A stretch of 64,000 bases of DNA from Vicinamibacteria bacterium (GCA_963422395.1 OY729431.1:1152001-1216000), one strand, 5' to 3'. Shown: positions 9,849 through 22,364, counted from the first letter of the stretch. Translations and numbers: made by a program. Notes: a model not told the origin generated them from the letters alone.

Positions 9849-10514
9849 GTGAGTGTGCGGATCACCGGCGGCGCCTTCGCCGGCCGGCTGCTCTTCGGCC
9901 CGCCGCACCGCGGCGCCCCGCTCCCGGGCCTCCGTCCCACGGCTGCCAGGCTCCGAAAAAGTCTTTTTTCGGTGCTTGCCGACGAGGTGCCCGGATCCTG
10001 GGTCCTCGATCTGTGCGCCGGAGTCGGGACTCTCGGTTTCGAGGCTCTGTCCCGAGGCGCCGGGCAGTGCGTCTTCGTCGAACGTGCGCCGCGAATGTGC
10101 CGGCTCATCGAACGCAATGCGGAGCATCTCGGCGTCCATTCGCTCCGGCTCGTGGCCGGCGGGGCGGCCCGGGAGCTGCGTCGCCTCGCCGGCGTCGGGA
10201 CGGAGTTCGGGATCGTCTTTCTGGACCCACCCTGGCGGGATTGGGAGGCCGGCCCCGGGCTTTCGCTTCTGGAAGCCGCCGCCCGGCTCGGCCCCGGAGT
10301 GATTGCGGCGGAGCATCGTTCCGGCTGGGCGGCGCCGGTGCGCATCGGAGGGGGGGAGTCCGAGGCCGCCCCGCGGAAGGCATTCGTCCGGACACGGACT
10401 CTCACCGCCGGAGACGGCGCGGTTTCGCTGTACCAGCGAGAATCGGGGGAGGGGAACCCGCTCACACCGTTTACAGACGGAAATCGAGTCCGCTTCTTCC
10501 CGCCCCCGAAGTGA
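9849..10514 (+). CDS. rsmD: 16S rRNA m2G966 methyltransferase
   Basis: VRITGGAFAGR, LRPT, LDLCAGVGTLGFEALSRGA, FLDPPW. Lies upstream of coaD. Confidence 0.9.
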   Translation: MSVRITGGAFAGRLLFGPPHRGAPLPGLRPTAARLRKSLFSVLADEVPGSWVLDLCAGVGTLGFEALSRGAGQCVFVERAPRMCRLIERNAEHLGVHSLRLVAGGAARELRRLAGVGTEFGIVFLDPPWRDWEAGPGLSLLEAAARLGPGVIAAEHRSGWAAPVRIGGGESEAAPRKAFVRTRTLTAGDGAVSLYQRESGEGNPLTPFTDGNRVRFFPPPK

Positions 10515-10621
10515 TTTCGCCCGAATTGTGGAAAACTCTCCCCCGGACTCCGCCTCGACGGCTGATTCGGGCCCTATGTGTTAGGTTCCGCCGGCACCGC
10601 CCGCCGGCGCGGTGCCCTTCT

Positions 10622-11128
10622 TTGGAACCAACATCGCGGCTTGCCATCTGCCCGGGTTCCTTCGATCCGCTCACTCTCGGGCATGTGGACATCATCCGAC
10701 GAGCCGCCCGCCTCTTCGAGAGGGTCGTGGTCTCTGTTCTCCACAACACCGAGAAGGCGCCTCGGTTCACGGTGCCGGAACGGCTCGACTTCATCCGCGC
10801 CACCTTCGCGGATGATCCGCGGGTGGAGGCCGCAGCGTTTTCCGGCTTGCTCGTCGCCTATGCGCGTCGGCAGGGCGCCTCCGCCATCGTGCGGGGTATC
10901 CGGGCCGTTTCCGATTTCGAATACGAGTTCCAGATGGCTCTCATGAACCGCCGGCTGGCGCCGGAGGTGGAAACTGTCTTTCTCACTCCCGCCGAGGAGT
11001 ATTCCTATGTGAGCTCGAAGCTCATCAAGGAGATCGCAGCTCTCTCGGGCGATGTGACCGGACTCGTGCCCGCGCCGGTGGCCCGCCGGCTGGCGGAGAA
11101 GTTCCCCCGCGACCCGGCCGTCGTCTGA
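10622..11128 (+). CDS. coaD: Phosphopantetheine adenylyltransferase
   Basis: AICPGSFDPLTLGH, RGIRAVSDFEYEFQMALMN, VSSKLIKEIA. TTG start inferred. Confidence 0.96.
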   Translation: MEPTSRLAICPGSFDPLTLGHVDIIRRAARLFERVVVSVLHNTEKAPRFTVPERLDFIRATFADDPRVEAAAFSGLLVAYARRQGASAIVRGIRAVSDFEYEFQMALMNRRLAPEVETVFLTPAEEYSYVSSKLIKEIAALSGDVTGLVPAPVARRLAEKFPRDPAVV

Positions 11129-11194
11129 TTCGGCGGGCTGCCTGCCGCGCGACTCCATCCACCGGCTGCCAGTCTTGCCTGCCTCCCGACATCT

Positions 11195-12385
11195 GTGAGC
11201 GACCCCTCGATCCGCCTCGCCTCCCGGGTCGGCACGATCTCATCCTCGCCGACCATGGCGGTCATGGCGGAGGCGATGCGGCTTCGGGCCGCTGGCGAGG
11301 CGGTGGTGGATCTTTCGGCTGGCCAGCCGGATTTCGACACCCCCCAGGTCGCCCGGGATGCCGGGATCGCGGCTATCGAGTCCGGGTACACCCGCTATAC
11401 GCCGAATCCCGGCGCTGCCGAGCTGCGGAGCGCCGTTGCCGCTGGTTACCGACGCGACTTCGGTCTCGATTGCACCGCCGGCGAGGTGCTGATCACCTCG
11501 GGGGGGAAACACGCCCTCACCGGCCTGCTCCTCGCCACCTGCGAACCGGGCGACGAAGTGGTGATTCCGACCCCGTACTGGCCGACCTTTCCCGAGCAGG
11601 TCCGGATCGCCGGAGCCCGTCCGGTGTTCGCGGGCACGGACGAAGCGAGCGGGTTCCGGCCTACCCGCGCTGCGCTCGAACCGGCCGTCTCGGATTCGAC
11701 GCGGGCCATCATCCTGAACATCCCGGGGAATCCCTCGGGCGTCGTTCTTTCTCCCGAAGAACTCGAAGCGGTCGCTCGCCTCGCGGCCGGGGCGGACGCC
11801 TGGCTGCTCTGGGACGACACTTACGCGCGGCTCACTTTCGAGCCGGCTCCCGAAGGCGCATACCGGCGACTCGCAGACATTCTCGGCCACCGACTGCTCA
11901 TCGCCGGCGGGGCGTCCAAGTCGTACGCCATGACCGGCTGGCGGCTCGGCTGGGCGATCGGTCCCGAGCCGGTCATCGAAGCAGCCGCTTCCCTCCAGAG
12001 TCAGATGACATCGAGCGCCTGCGCGATCTCGCAAAAGGCGGCGCTCGCCGCGGTCCGCGCGGACCCCGCAGATTTCGCCTGGATGTCCCGGGAGTTCGCG
12101 CGGCGGATGACGCGGATGCGCGAGGGGCTGCTTCGGATCGAAGGAGTCCGCTGCGGCGCACCGGACGGCGGCTTCTATCTGTTTCCCAACTTCGCCGGAT
12201 GTCTGGCGTCCGGCGAGGGCTCGATCGCTCTCGCTTCCGCGCTGCTCGACCGCGAGCGCGTCGCCGCCGTTCCCGGCGCCGCGTTCGGTCACGACACCCA
12301 TCTCCGACTGAGTTACGCAACTTCCGACGACGAGATCGCCGAAGGCGTGTCCCGCCTCCAGCGTTTCTTCGCTCAGCGCGCTTAG
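11195..12385 (+). CDS. PLP-dependent class I/II aminotransferase (aspartate aminotransferase-like)
   Basis: GQPDFDTP, NIPGNPSG, SKSYAMTGWRLG. Confidence 0.93.
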   Translation: MSDPSIRLASRVGTISSSPTMAVMAEAMRLRAAGEAVVDLSAGQPDFDTPQVARDAGIAAIESGYTRYTPNPGAAELRSAVAAGYRRDFGLDCTAGEVLITSGGKHALTGLLLATCEPGDEVVIPTPYWPTFPEQVRIAGARPVFAGTDEASGFRPTRAALEPAVSDSTRAIILNIPGNPSGVVLSPEELEAVARLAAGADAWLLWDDTYARLTFEPAPEGAYRRLADILGHRLLIAGGASKSYAMTGWRLGWAIGPEPVIEAAASLQSQMTSSACAISQKAALAAVRADPADFAWMSREFARRMTRMREGLLRIEGVRCGAPDGGFYLFPNFAGCLASGEGSIALASALLDRERVAAVPGAAFGHDTHLRLSYATSDDEIAEGVSRLQRFFAQRA

Positions 12386-12491
12386 CGCAGCGCGCAGGCG
12401 CTGCCGTGCGTGCGGGGAGGAGACTCCCTCATTCCCCGCGAAAAGAGAAAGGGGGCGGAGGGAGCCGCCGAAGCGATGCGCACCGCTGCTA

Positions 12492-12520
12492 TTGCCCTGC
12501 CAAGCCCCGCGCCGTAGAAT
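12492..12520 (+). promoter_or_regulatory. Sigma70-type promoter upstream of the icd operon
   Basis: TTGCCC-N17-TAGAAT. Confidence 0.5.
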
Positions 12521-12754
12521 TCCCCGGTTTCCGGAGCCGGCCCGGGGATCAGCCAAGCGGCCCCGGGGGCTCTGGATACGCTCCGGCAGGAGCGGGAAGG
12601 CCCCCTCCCAACAGGCAGATCCAGACGCTGGCAAGGCGCAACTTCTGGTCGGCTTTCTGGTCGGCTCGTGGGCAGCGGCTTCGACCAGCGGGGGATTCCC
12701 CCCGCACGAAAGCGCGCAGACCAACCGGCGAAAGGCCGGCTGACAGAGGAGTCC

Positions 12755-14155
<1,401 letters not shown>

Positions 14156-14200
14156 CGGGCGCGGTTCCCGAGAGGGTCGGAAAAGAGGGGTTCAGTCGGA

Positions 14201-15127
14201 ATGCTTCCGAAAGTCACCGTCATCGGCGCCGGGAATGTCGGCGCCACGACCGCGCAGCGGCTCGCCGACGCCGAGCTGAGCGATGTCGTCCTGATCGACA
14301 TCATCGACGGAATTCCGCAGGGCAAGGGTCTCGACATGCTGGAAGCCCGTCCGATGACCGGCGTCGATGTCCGGGTCTCGGGAACTTGCGACTACGCCGA
14401 CACCGCCGGTTCCGATGTGGTGGTCATCACCGCCGGACTGCCGCGGCAGGCGGGGATGAGCCGCGACGACCTGCTTCGCAAGAACCACGACATCGTGAGC
14501 AGCGTGACCCGTCAGGCGGTCGCCCATTCGCCGGAGGCCATCCTGGTGGTGGTCTCGAATCCGCTCGACGCCATGGCGCAAAGCGCCCTGCGGGCGAGCG
14601 GACTGCCGAAACAGCGGGTGGTCGGGATGGCCGGCGTGCTCGATGCGGCGCGGATGCGGACCTTCATCGCTGCCGAACTCGATGTCTCGGTGGAGAATGT
14701 CCACGCCTTCGTGCTCGGCGGCCACGGCGACGACATGGTGCCGCTCCCCCGGTATTCCACCGTTGCCGGCATCCCGCTGCCGGACATTCTTTCCGGGGAG
14801 GCCGTTGCCCGCATCGTGGAGCGCACCCGAAAAGGGGGCGGGGAGATCGTGGCCTTCCTGAAGACCGGATCCGCCTACTACGCCCCTTCCGCCGCCATCG
14901 TCGAGATGGTGGACGCCATCCTGAAGGACAAGAAGAAGATCCTCCCCTGTGCCGCCTTCCTCGAGGGCGAATATGGTGTGCGCGGCCTCTATCTCGGCGT
15001 GCCGGTGAAACTCGGCCGCGGCGGCGTGGAGGAGATCGTTCCGATTCGCCTCACCGACGCGGAGCAGGAAGCCCTGGACCGTTCGGCAGCCTCGGTTCGC
15101 GAGCTCACCGGGAAGATCGGCGTCTGA
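14201..15127 (+). CDS. mdh: Malate dehydrogenase (LDH-like)
   Basis: [36 protein letters not shown]. Confidence 0.96.
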   Translation: MLPKVTVIGAGNVGATTAQRLADAELSDVVLIDIIDGIPQGKGLDMLEARPMTGVDVRVSGTCDYADTAGSDVVVITAGLPRQAGMSRDDLLRKNHDIVSSVTRQAVAHSPEAILVVVSNPLDAMAQSALRASGLPKQRVVGMAGVLDAARMRTFIAAELDVSVENVHAFVLGGHGDDMVPLPRYSTVAGIPLPDILSGEAVARIVERTRKGGGEIVAFLKTGSAYYAPSAAIVEMVDAILKDKKKILPCAAFLEGEYGVRGLYLGVPVKLGRGGVEEIVPIRLTDAEQEALDRSAASVRELTGKIGV

Positions 15128-15139
15128 AGTCGCGCTGCG

Positions 15140-16303
15140 ATGAATCTCCACGAACACCAGGCCAAGACCCTGCTCGCCGGCTACGGCGTGCCCGTTCCCC
15201 GGGGAAAGGTGGCCCACACCGTGGAAGAGGCGGAGGCCGCCGGTTCGGAGCTCGGCCTGCCGGTGGTGGTGAAGGCCCAGATCCACGCCGGGGGGCGGGG
15301 AAAGGCGGGAGGCGTGCGGCTCGCCCGGACGGCAGGGGAGGTCCTCGCCGCGGCCGAAGCGCTCCTCGGCTCCACGCTCATCACGAAACAGACGGGCCCG
15401 GACGGCAGGCTCGTCCGCCGGCTGTTGGTCGAGGAAGGCGTGGAGATCGCCCGGGAGTTGTATGTCAGCTTCGTGATCGATCGGTCGAGCGGTCGGCCCC
15501 TCTGCATCGCGAGCGCTGCCGGAGGGGTGGACATCGAGGAGGTGGCGGCGAGCTCTCCGGAAAAGATCCTGAAGGTGACGGTGGACCCGGCGATGGGGAT
15601 GCAGGGCTTCCAGGCCCGCCAACTCGGGTTCGGGCTCGGCTTCGAAGGGGAGGTGCTCCGGAACGGAGTGTCCTTCCTGCTCTCCCTCTACCGCGCCTTC
15701 GCGGGACTCGACGCCAGCCAGATCGAGATCAATCCGATGCTGGTCACCGGAAGCGGGGCCGTCATCGCGCTCGACGCCAAGGTCTCCGTGGACGACAGCG
15801 CGCTCTTCCGCCAGCCGCGGGCGGCGGCCCTGCGCGACATCCACGAGGAGTCGCCGCTCGAAGTCGAAGCCAGCCGGCACCGCCTGCACTACATCAAGCT
15901 CGACGGCGAGATCGGCTGCATGGTCAATGGCGCCGGGCTCGCGATGGCCACCATGGACATCGTGAAACTCGCCGGCGCCTCGCCCGCCAACTTCCTCGAT
16001 GTCGGCGGCGGGGCGAGCGCGGAACAGATCGAGAACGCCTTCCGCATCCTCTCGTCCGACGGTGCGGTGCGGACCGTCCTCATCAACATCTTCGGGGGCA
16101 TCCTGCGCTGCGATCGTCTCGCCGAGGGACTCATCGCCGCGGTCCGCAAACTGGATGTGCGCACCCCCATCGTGATCCGGATGGAGGGAACGAATGTAGA
16201 GATCGCACGTCGGATGCTCGAGGAATCGGGGCTCGATTTCACCACTGCGGACGGGATGCGCGACGCGGCCGATCAGGTGGTTCGCAAACTGGAGGCGGCA
16301 TGA
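15140..16303 (+). CDS. sucC: Succinyl-CoA ligase beta subunit
   Basis: [34 protein letters not shown]. Confidence 0.98.
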   Translation: MNLHEHQAKTLLAGYGVPVPRGKVAHTVEEAEAAGSELGLPVVVKAQIHAGGRGKAGGVRLARTAGEVLAAAEALLGSTLITKQTGPDGRLVRRLLVEEGVEIARELYVSFVIDRSSGRPLCIASAAGGVDIEEVAASSPEKILKVTVDPAMGMQGFQARQLGFGLGFEGEVLRNGVSFLLSLYRAFAGLDASQIEINPMLVTGSGAVIALDAKVSVDDSALFRQPRAAALRDIHEESPLEVEASRHRLHYIKLDGEIGCMVNGAGLAMATMDIVKLAGASPANFLDVGGGASAEQIENAFRILSSDGAVRTVLINIFGGILRCDRLAEGLIAAVRKLDVRTPIVIRMEGTNVEIARRMLEESGLDFTTADGMRDAADQVVRKLEAA

Positions 16304-17175
16304 GCGTTCTCGTCGGGCGCGAGACTCGCCTCCTGGTGCAGGGCATCACCGGGCGAGAAGGTGCCTTCCATGCCGCAGCCTGCCGGGATTACGGCACTCG
16401 GGTGGTCGCCGGAGTCACACCCGGCAGAGGCGGACAGGAGGTTTTCGGGGTGCCGGTGTTCGATACGGTGGCGGAGGCGGTGGCGCGGACTGCGGCGAAT
16501 GCCGCCTTCGTGCTCGTCCCGCCCGCTTTCGCAGCCGACGCCATCGCCGAGTCGGTGGACGCCGGGGTGGAGCTGGTGGTGTCGATCACCGAGGGAGTCC
16601 CCACCTTCGACATGGTGCGGGTGCTGCGTGCGGCGGAGGGCTCCCGGACGCGTGTCCTCGGGCCGAACTGCCCCGGCGTCATCTCTCCGGGGCGCGCCAA
16701 GGTGGGGATCATGCCCGGCTTCATCCATCGGGAGGGCTCGGTGGGAGTCGTTTCCAGGAGTGGAACGCTCACCTACGAGGCGGTCCACCAGCTCAGCCAG
16801 CGCGGGATCGGCCAGAGCACCTGCGTCGGCATCGGCGGGGATCCGGTGATCGGCACCTCGTTCCTCGAGGTCCTGGAGCTGTTCGCCTCCGATGAGGGGA
16901 CCGAGGCGGTGGTTCTGATCGGCGAGATCGGCGGCGGCGCCGAGGAGGAAGCCGCCGGGTTCATCCGGAGGGAATTCGGCAAGCCGGTCGTGAGTTTCAT
17001 CGCCGGCCAGACCGCTCCCCCCGGCCGGCGGATGGGTCACGCCGGGGCCATCGTGATGGGCGGAAAAGGAACCGCAGCCGACAAGATGGAAGCACTTCGC
17101 TCGGCAGGTGCCCAGGTCGTCGAAAGCCCTGCCGACCTCGGCGCCGCCATGCAGGCGATGCTCGAAAACAGCTGA
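16300..17175 (+). CDS. sucD: Succinyl-CoA ligase alpha subunit
   Basis: ATGA overlap with sucC. VQGITG, GPNCPG, RMGHAGA. Confidence 0.98.
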   Translation: MSVLVGRETRLLVQGITGREGAFHAAACRDYGTRVVAGVTPGRGGQEVFGVPVFDTVAEAVARTAANAAFVLVPPAFAADAIAESVDAGVELVVSITEGVPTFDMVRVLRAAEGSRTRVLGPNCPGVISPGRAKVGIMPGFIHREGSVGVVSRSGTLTYEAVHQLSQRGIGQSTCVGIGGDPVIGTSFLEVLELFASDEGTEAVVLIGEIGGGAEEEAAGFIRREFGKPVVSFIAGQTAPPGRRMGHAGAIVMGGKGTAADKMEALRSAGAQVVESPADLGAAMQAMLENS

Positions 17176-17189
17176 CCTGGAGATCTCCG

Positions 17190-17600
17190 ATGCGAACCCT
17201 TGCGATCGTGAAGCCGGACGCCGTGGCCGCCGGCCACACCGGCGAGATCCTCTCCCTTCTCGAGGGGTTCGGGTTCCGGTTCGCCGCGATCCGGCTCTAC
17301 CGGCTCAGCCGCGCCGAGGCGGAGGGTTTCTACGCTGTCCACCGCGGGCGGCCCTTCTTTTCGAGTCTGACCGAGTTCATGTCCTCGGGGCCCTCGGTGC
17401 CCCTGGTGCTGGAGCGCGAGGACGCGATCCCGAAACTCCGCGAGGTGATGGGAACGACGAATCCTGCCGAGGCGGCGCCGGGGACGATCCGCGCTCGATT
17501 CGCTTCCTCGATCGGAGAAAATGCCATCCACGGGTCGGACTCTCCCGAATCGGCGGCCTTCGAGATCGGCTACTTCTTTCCGGGGATCGAACTGACCTGA
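17190..17600 (+). CDS. ndk: Nucleoside diphosphate kinase
   Basis: [20 protein letters not shown]. Confidence 0.98.
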   Translation: MRTLAIVKPDAVAAGHTGEILSLLEGFGFRFAAIRLYRLSRAEAEGFYAVHRGRPFFSSLTEFMSSGPSVPLVLEREDAIPKLREVMGTTNPAEAAPGTIRARFASSIGENAIHGSDSPESAAFEIGYFFPGIELT

Positions 17601-17613
17601 ACGAGGTGCAGCC

Positions 17614-18207
17614 GTGCCCAGCATCAAGCCGGACCGCTGGATCCGGAAGATGGCGAGAGAGAAAGGCCTGATCGATCCCTTCGTGGACCACCAGGTGGGG
17701 GAGGGGGTGATCTCGTACGGGCTCTCCGCCTACGGCTACGACATCCGGGTGTCGAACGAGTTCAAGATCTTCACGAATGTCTATGCCGCCGTCGTGGACC
17801 CGAAGAACTTCGACGAACGCAGCTTCGTGGACTACGAGGGCGAGGTCTGCGTGATTCCGCCCAACTCGTTCGCGCTCTCGAACACCATCGAGAACTTTCG
17901 GATTCCCAAGAATGTATACGGAATCTGCATCGGCAAGTCCACTTACGCTCGCTGCGGAATCCTCATCAATGTGACCGGATTCGATGCTGGGTGGGAGGGC
18001 AACGCGACGCTCGAAATCTCGAACACCACGCCTCTCCCCTGCCGCATCTACGCGCGCGAGGGTATCGCTCAGGTCCTCTTCTTCGAGAGCGACGAAGCGT
18101 GCGAAATCAGCTACCGCGATCGGAAGGGCAAGTATCAGGGGCAGCAGCACATCACTCTTCCCACCATTCTGCCCTCCCCGAAAAAGGACCGCAGCAGCGG
18201 GAAGTGA
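17614..18207 (+). CDS. dcd: dCTP deaminase
   Basis: [30 protein letters not shown]. Confidence 0.95.
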   Translation: MPSIKPDRWIRKMAREKGLIDPFVDHQVGEGVISYGLSAYGYDIRVSNEFKIFTNVYAAVVDPKNFDERSFVDYEGEVCVIPPNSFALSNTIENFRIPKNVYGICIGKSTYARCGILINVTGFDAGWEGNATLEISNTTPLPCRIYAREGIAQVLFFESDEACEISYRDRKGKYQGQQHITLPTILPSPKKDRSSGK

Positions 18208-18244
18208 GCGCCCTTCGGGGCCGCCCGGGGTGCGAGTGCCCGGC

Positions 18245-18754
18245 ATGCAACTGATCGCCGGCTCCGAGCTCCGCCGGCGCCTCGGAGCGGCTCCCCCCCT
18301 GCTTTCCGGGCTCCCCGACCCGGAGATCCAGATCCAGATGAATGGCGTGGACCTCACTCTGGCCGAAGTGGCGGCCTTCGGCTCGGGGCCGGGTCGGGTG
18401 GACTTCGACAACCGGACCCGCAGGACCCCCGCCCCGGAGGCGATTCCCCCAGACTCCGACGGGGTGTGGCGGCTTTCTGAGGGCGCCTACTGGATCCGCT
18501 ACAACGAGATCGTGAGCATTCCGGCGGACATCTTCGCCTTGGGCCGCACCCGCTCCTCGCTGCTGCGGTGCGGAGCCCAGATCGGCACCGCGCTGTGGGA
18601 TTCGGGCTACCGCGGCCGCAGCGGTTCGCTCCTCACCATCCACCACCAGGATGGCATCGAACTCACCCGGAACGCCCGCGTCCTCCAGCTCGTCTTCTTC
18701 CTGCTCCCGGCTCCAGCAGACCGCAGCTACGCCGGTGCCTACCAGGACGAATAG
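18245..18754 (+). CDS. Dcd/dUTPase-superfamily protein, probable archaeal-type dUTP diphosphatase
   Basis: QIQMNGVDLTL, RSSLLRCG, ALWDSGYRGR, YAGAYQ. Trimeric dUTPase/Dcd fold motifs. Confidence 0.8.
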   Translation: MQLIAGSELRRRLGAAPPLLSGLPDPEIQIQMNGVDLTLAEVAAFGSGPGRVDFDNRTRRTPAPEAIPPDSDGVWRLSEGAYWIRYNEIVSIPADIFALGRTRSSLLRCGAQIGTALWDSGYRGRSGSLLTIHHQDGIELTRNARVLQLVFFLLPAPADRSYAGAYQDE

Positions 18755-18756
18755 AC

Positions 18757-18876
18757 CCGAGCGGTCCGGAAACGAGGCGTGATGCCGCGTTGCATCTTGC
18801 GATTTCGTGAGAGCGGGGACGCCCCATTCCGCGGCGCCGCCCCCGAAGCGAAGCTTCGGCCGCAACGGATGTTTTT
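18757..18876 (-). repeat. Structured repeat family A, diverged and internally deleted copy
   Basis: Reverse complement reads AAAAACATCCGTTGCGGCCGAAG...TCGGGGGCGGCGCCGCGG...TCACGAAAT...CGGCATCACGCCTCGTTTCCGGACCGCTCGG. This matches both ends of the 56019-56260 copy. Confidence 0.8.
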
Positions 18877-18910
18877 AGCGCGGTAGGTCTTCGGGGCCGA
18901 CCGCGGTCCG

Positions 18911-19894
18911 CTACAGCAGGCGGAACTCCACCTCGATTTCGGCAAGCACATCCACCGCCTCGCCCCGGAAGCTGCCCGGCAGGAAGATCCATTCTCGAAC
19001 CGCGGCGATAGCCTTGGCGTCGAGGCCGGCGTCGAGGCTGCGGATCACTCTCGACGGGCCCACCCGACCGTTCTTGAGGATCACCACCTCGAGAATCACG
19101 ATGCCCTCGATTTTCCGCGACAGCGCATCGTCGGTGTATTCGGGAGTGATCCGGCGGCGTAGCTGGGGCGGCTCGACACCGCTGCCGATGCGGTAGGCGC
19201 CGCCGCCGAAACCGCCGCCGGTGCCCGCTCCGATCCCGTCGCCGTCTCCCTCGCCGAGGCCGCCGCCGCTGCCGGTGCCCGCTCCACCGTCGCGCCCGCT
19301 TCCCGCCCGCTGGAAGGTCAGCAGCTCCGAGGCGCCGCGGATCAGCCCCGCTAGCGATTCCGGATCGGGCATCGCCGCTGCGAAGGGCGCCTGAACGGCG
19401 TCTTCCAGGAATTCTTCCACCAGCTCCTCGGGATCCTCGAACATGAGCTCTTCCGGTTCGGGGGCGGTCGAAACGGCGACGAGTGCCTGGTCTTCCCCCT
19501 CCGCCTGGAGCTCCGCAGGGTCCACCGCGGACTCGTCACCGCCGCCTCCGCCGCCGCCCCCCGGCCCCGGCTCGACCAGGAAGACGAGGCCCGGCAGGTC
19601 CAGTCCGGCCTCCTGGATCTCTTCGACAGCAAAAATTCCGAAAACGATCAACGCCAGGATGACGCTGTGGACGGCGAGCGCGGAGGCGAAACCGCCGCGT
19701 CCGCTGTAGAGACCGGAATCGAGATGGACGAGCGGACGCCCGGTGATCGCGCTGACCTCGGGCTCCGCCGGCTTCCAGAAGGTCCGGGCCGCCGCTACGA
19801 GGCGCGAAGTGAAGGACGAAGCCGGAGAACCGTCCGGAGACGAGCCGTTCGGAGACAGTGGAGAATGCGTGCGACGGGACCGCTGTTCCCGCAT
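18911..19894 (-). CDS. TonB-family energy transducer
   Basis: TM helix with SALAVH, Gly-rich linker, C-terminal PEYTDDA...IEGIVILEVVI...GLDAKAIAAVREWIFLP. Start uncertain. Confidence 0.88.
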   Translation of the reverse strand: MREQRSRRTHSPLSPNGSSPDGSPASSFTSRLVAAARTFWKPAEPEVSAITGRPLVHLDSGLYSGRGGFASALAVHSVILALIVFGIFAVEEIQEAGLDLPGLVFLVEPGPGGGGGGGGDESAVDPAELQAEGEDQALVAVSTAPEPEELMFEDPEELVEEFLEDAVQAPFAAAMPDPESLAGLIRGASELLTFQRAGSGRDGGAGTGSGGGLGEGDGDGIGAGTGGGFGGGAYRIGSGVEPPQLRRRITPEYTDDALSRKIEGIVILEVVILKNGRVGPSRVIRSLDAGLDAKAIAAVREWIFLPGSFRGEAVDVLAEIEVEFRLL

Positions 19895-20031
19895 TGTAGC
19901 GACCGGATCGGGACCGCTGCGTGGTACCCTCCGCACCCCGCGCGCGGCTTCCCGATCGGACCGGGACCCGGTGCGCCGGTTCCCGGGTCTTCGTTCTTCA
20001 TCTGTTCGACCGCCCCGAACCGCCCGCTTCC

Positions 20032-20547
20032 ATGCTTCTTTCCTTGGGCGGCCACTCGCCGGTGGTGCCTGTTTCCGCTTTCGTCGCCCCGGGCGCCGTG
20101 CTCATCGGCGATGTCGCCCTCGGCGAGGACGCGTCCATCTGGTTCGGCGCCGTGCTGCGGGGTGATGGGTGCGCCATCCGCTTCGGCGCCCGCTCGAATC
20201 TGCAGGACCAGGCGGTGGTCCACGGGAACGGAGGTGCCGAGCCGACGCTCATCGACGAAGAAGTGACTGTTGGCCACCAGGCAGTGCTCCATGGGTGCCG
20301 CCTGGGCCGGCGGTGCCTCGTCGGGATGGGTGCGGTGGTCCTCGATGGCGTTTCGGTGGGCGCTGAAGCGATGGTAGCCGCCGGCACGGTCGTTCCGCCC
20401 GGCCTTCGGATTCCCTCGCGCGTCCTCGTCCGGGGAGTGCCCGGCCGGGTGGCTCGTCCGTTGGCCGATGCCGAAATCGCACACCTCGAGGCGTCGGCGG
20501 CACAGTACGTCGCCCTCAAGAATCGCTATCTCGGGGAGCACCGGTGA
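20032..20547 (+). CDS. Gamma carbonic anhydrase-family (YrdA-like) protein
   Basis: IGDV...SIWFGAVLRGD, SNLQD, VGHQAVLHGC hexapeptide repeats. Confidence 0.92.
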   Translation: MLLSLGGHSPVVPVSAFVAPGAVLIGDVALGEDASIWFGAVLRGDGCAIRFGARSNLQDQAVVHGNGGAEPTLIDEEVTVGHQAVLHGCRLGRRCLVGMGAVVLDGVSVGAEAMVAAGTVVPPGLRIPSRVLVRGVPGRVARPLADAEIAHLEASAAQYVALKNRYLGEHR

Positions 20548-22355
20548 CCGTCCCGACCGCTCCCTCGCACCACTGCGCCGAACTCGGCCCGGAAGACGCC
20601 GGAAGCCGGGTCATCCTGATGGGCTGGGTGGAGCGCATCCGCGACCTGGGCGGTCTGCTCTTCCTCGATCTCCGTGATTACCGCGGCATTACCCAGATCG
20701 TGGTCGGCCCCGATTCGGAAGCCCTCGGCGAGGCGAAGCGAGCAGCTCCGTGGTGGGTGCTCGCGGTCGAGGGGAAAGTCCTGGCGCGCGAGCCCGAAAC
20801 CGTGAACCCGTCGATCGCCACCGGAGAGATCGAGGTCGCCGCGGAGCAGATCCAGGTGCTCAGCCAGTCGCGGACCCCGCCGTTCGCACCGACCGATTCG
20901 GAAGGAGTCGCCGAAGACCTGCGCCTCCGCTATCGATACCTCGACCTCAGGAATCCGCGCCTCCAACGCAATCTTCGTATTCGCGGCAGGTTGGCTGCCG
21001 AAGTGCGCAGGCACCTCGACGACCACGGATTCCTCGAGATCGAGACCCCGTTTCTGACCCGCTCGACCCCCGAGGGAGCGCGTGATTACCTGGTGCCCTC
21101 GCGGGTCCATCGCGGCCGTTTCTACGCACTTCCGCAATCTCCCCAACTCTTCAAGCAGCTGCTCATGATCGGCGGGATGGACCGCTATTACCAGATCGCG
21201 CGCTGTTTCCGGGACGAAGACCTTCGTGCTGACCGCCAGCCGGAATTCACCCAGGTGGACATCGAGATGTCCTTCACCGATCCCGATCAGGTCATCGGCA
21301 TCACCGAGGGGCTTTTCGAACGCGCCCTCTCTGCGGTGGGCATCGAGGTGCGGCCGCCCTTCCCGCGTTTTACCTACGAAGAGGCGCTGGAGCGTTTCGG
21401 AGTGGACCGCCCCGATCTCCGCTACGGCGCCGAGATCACCGACCTCACCGAAATCGGCCGAGGGGCCGCCCACCCGGTCCTCGACCGCGCGCTTTCCGCC
21501 GGCGGCACCCTCCGCGGTCTCGCGGCGCCGGGCTGCGCGGGGCTTTCGCGGAAGCGCCTCGGAGAACTCGAGGCAACTGCGATCGATGCGGGCGCGGGCG
21601 GCCTCTTCTGGGCGGCGTTCCGGGACGGAGAGATCCGTTCGCCCCTGCGCAAGGCTCTGGGCCGCGACCGGCTTCGCCGCCTGCTCGAAGCTGCGGGCGG
21701 CGGGTCGGAAGATCTGCTACTGATGGTGGCGGGAGAGAGCCGGACTGCCTGTCGGGCGCTCGGGGTGCTGCGGCGCCAGCTCTCCGTGAGCGAAGGCTGG
21801 ATCGGGACGGGAGATTTTCGAATGGCGTGGGTGACCGATTTCCCCCTGTTCGAGACTTCGGAGCAGGGGCAGCGGCTCACCTCGGTCCACCACCCGTTCA
21901 CCAGCCCTCATCCCGAAGATCTGGACCGCATCGAAAGTGACCCCCTTCGGGTTCGTTCCCTCGCCTACGATGTTGTCGCGAACGGGCACGAACTCGGCGG
22001 GGGAAGCATCCGGATCCATGATCGGGCGCTTCAGCAGCGGATCTTCGATGTTCTCGATATCCCTTCTGCGGAAGCGGCCGAACGCTTCGGATTCTTCCTC
22101 GAGGCTCTCGAATACGGCACTCCTCCGCACGGCGGGATCGCTCTCGGCTTCGACCGAATCGCCATGCTCGCCTCGGGAAGCTCGAGTCTGCGCGAAGTGA
22201 TCGCCTTCCCCAAGACCACCTCGGCCATGGATCTCATGACGGGGTCCCCCGCCGGAGTCCGCGACTCCCAGCTCGACGAGGCGGGGGTCAGCCTGAAATC
22301 GCCCGACTCTCGGGCCGGGCGGACCGGGAACGCCCTGGCAGAGGTCGAAGAGTGA
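20544..22355 (+). CDS. aspS: Aspartate-tRNA ligase
   Basis: RDLGGLLFLDLRD, STPEGARDY, ALPQSPQLFKQ, PPHGGIALGFDR. Confidence 0.98.
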   Translation: MTVPTAPSHHCAELGPEDAGSRVILMGWVERIRDLGGLLFLDLRDYRGITQIVVGPDSEALGEAKRAAPWWVLAVEGKVLAREPETVNPSIATGEIEVAAEQIQVLSQSRTPPFAPTDSEGVAEDLRLRYRYLDLRNPRLQRNLRIRGRLAAEVRRHLDDHGFLEIETPFLTRSTPEGARDYLVPSRVHRGRFYALPQSPQLFKQLLMIGGMDRYYQIARCFRDEDLRADRQPEFTQVDIEMSFTDPDQVIGITEGLFERALSAVGIEVRPPFPRFTYEEALERFGVDRPDLRYGAEITDLTEIGRGAAHPVLDRALSAGGTLRGLAAPGCAGLSRKRLGELEATAIDAGAGGLFWAAFRDGEIRSPLRKALGRDRLRRLLEAAGGGSEDLLLMVAGESRTACRALGVLRRQLSVSEGWIGTGDFRMAWVTDFPLFETSEQGQRLTSVHHPFTSPHPEDLDRIESDPLRVRSLAYDVVANGHELGGGSIRIHDRALQQRIFDVLDIPSAEAAERFGFFLEALEYGTPPHGGIALGFDRIAMLASGSSSLREVIAFPKTTSAMDLMTGSPAGVRDSQLDEAGVSLKSPDSRAGRTGNALAEVEE

Positions 22356-22364
22356 ATCCGATGC

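Noticed and set aside
19190-19570. GCC-rich low-complexity repeats
   Set aside because: They encode the Gly-rich linkers of the TonB-family protein.
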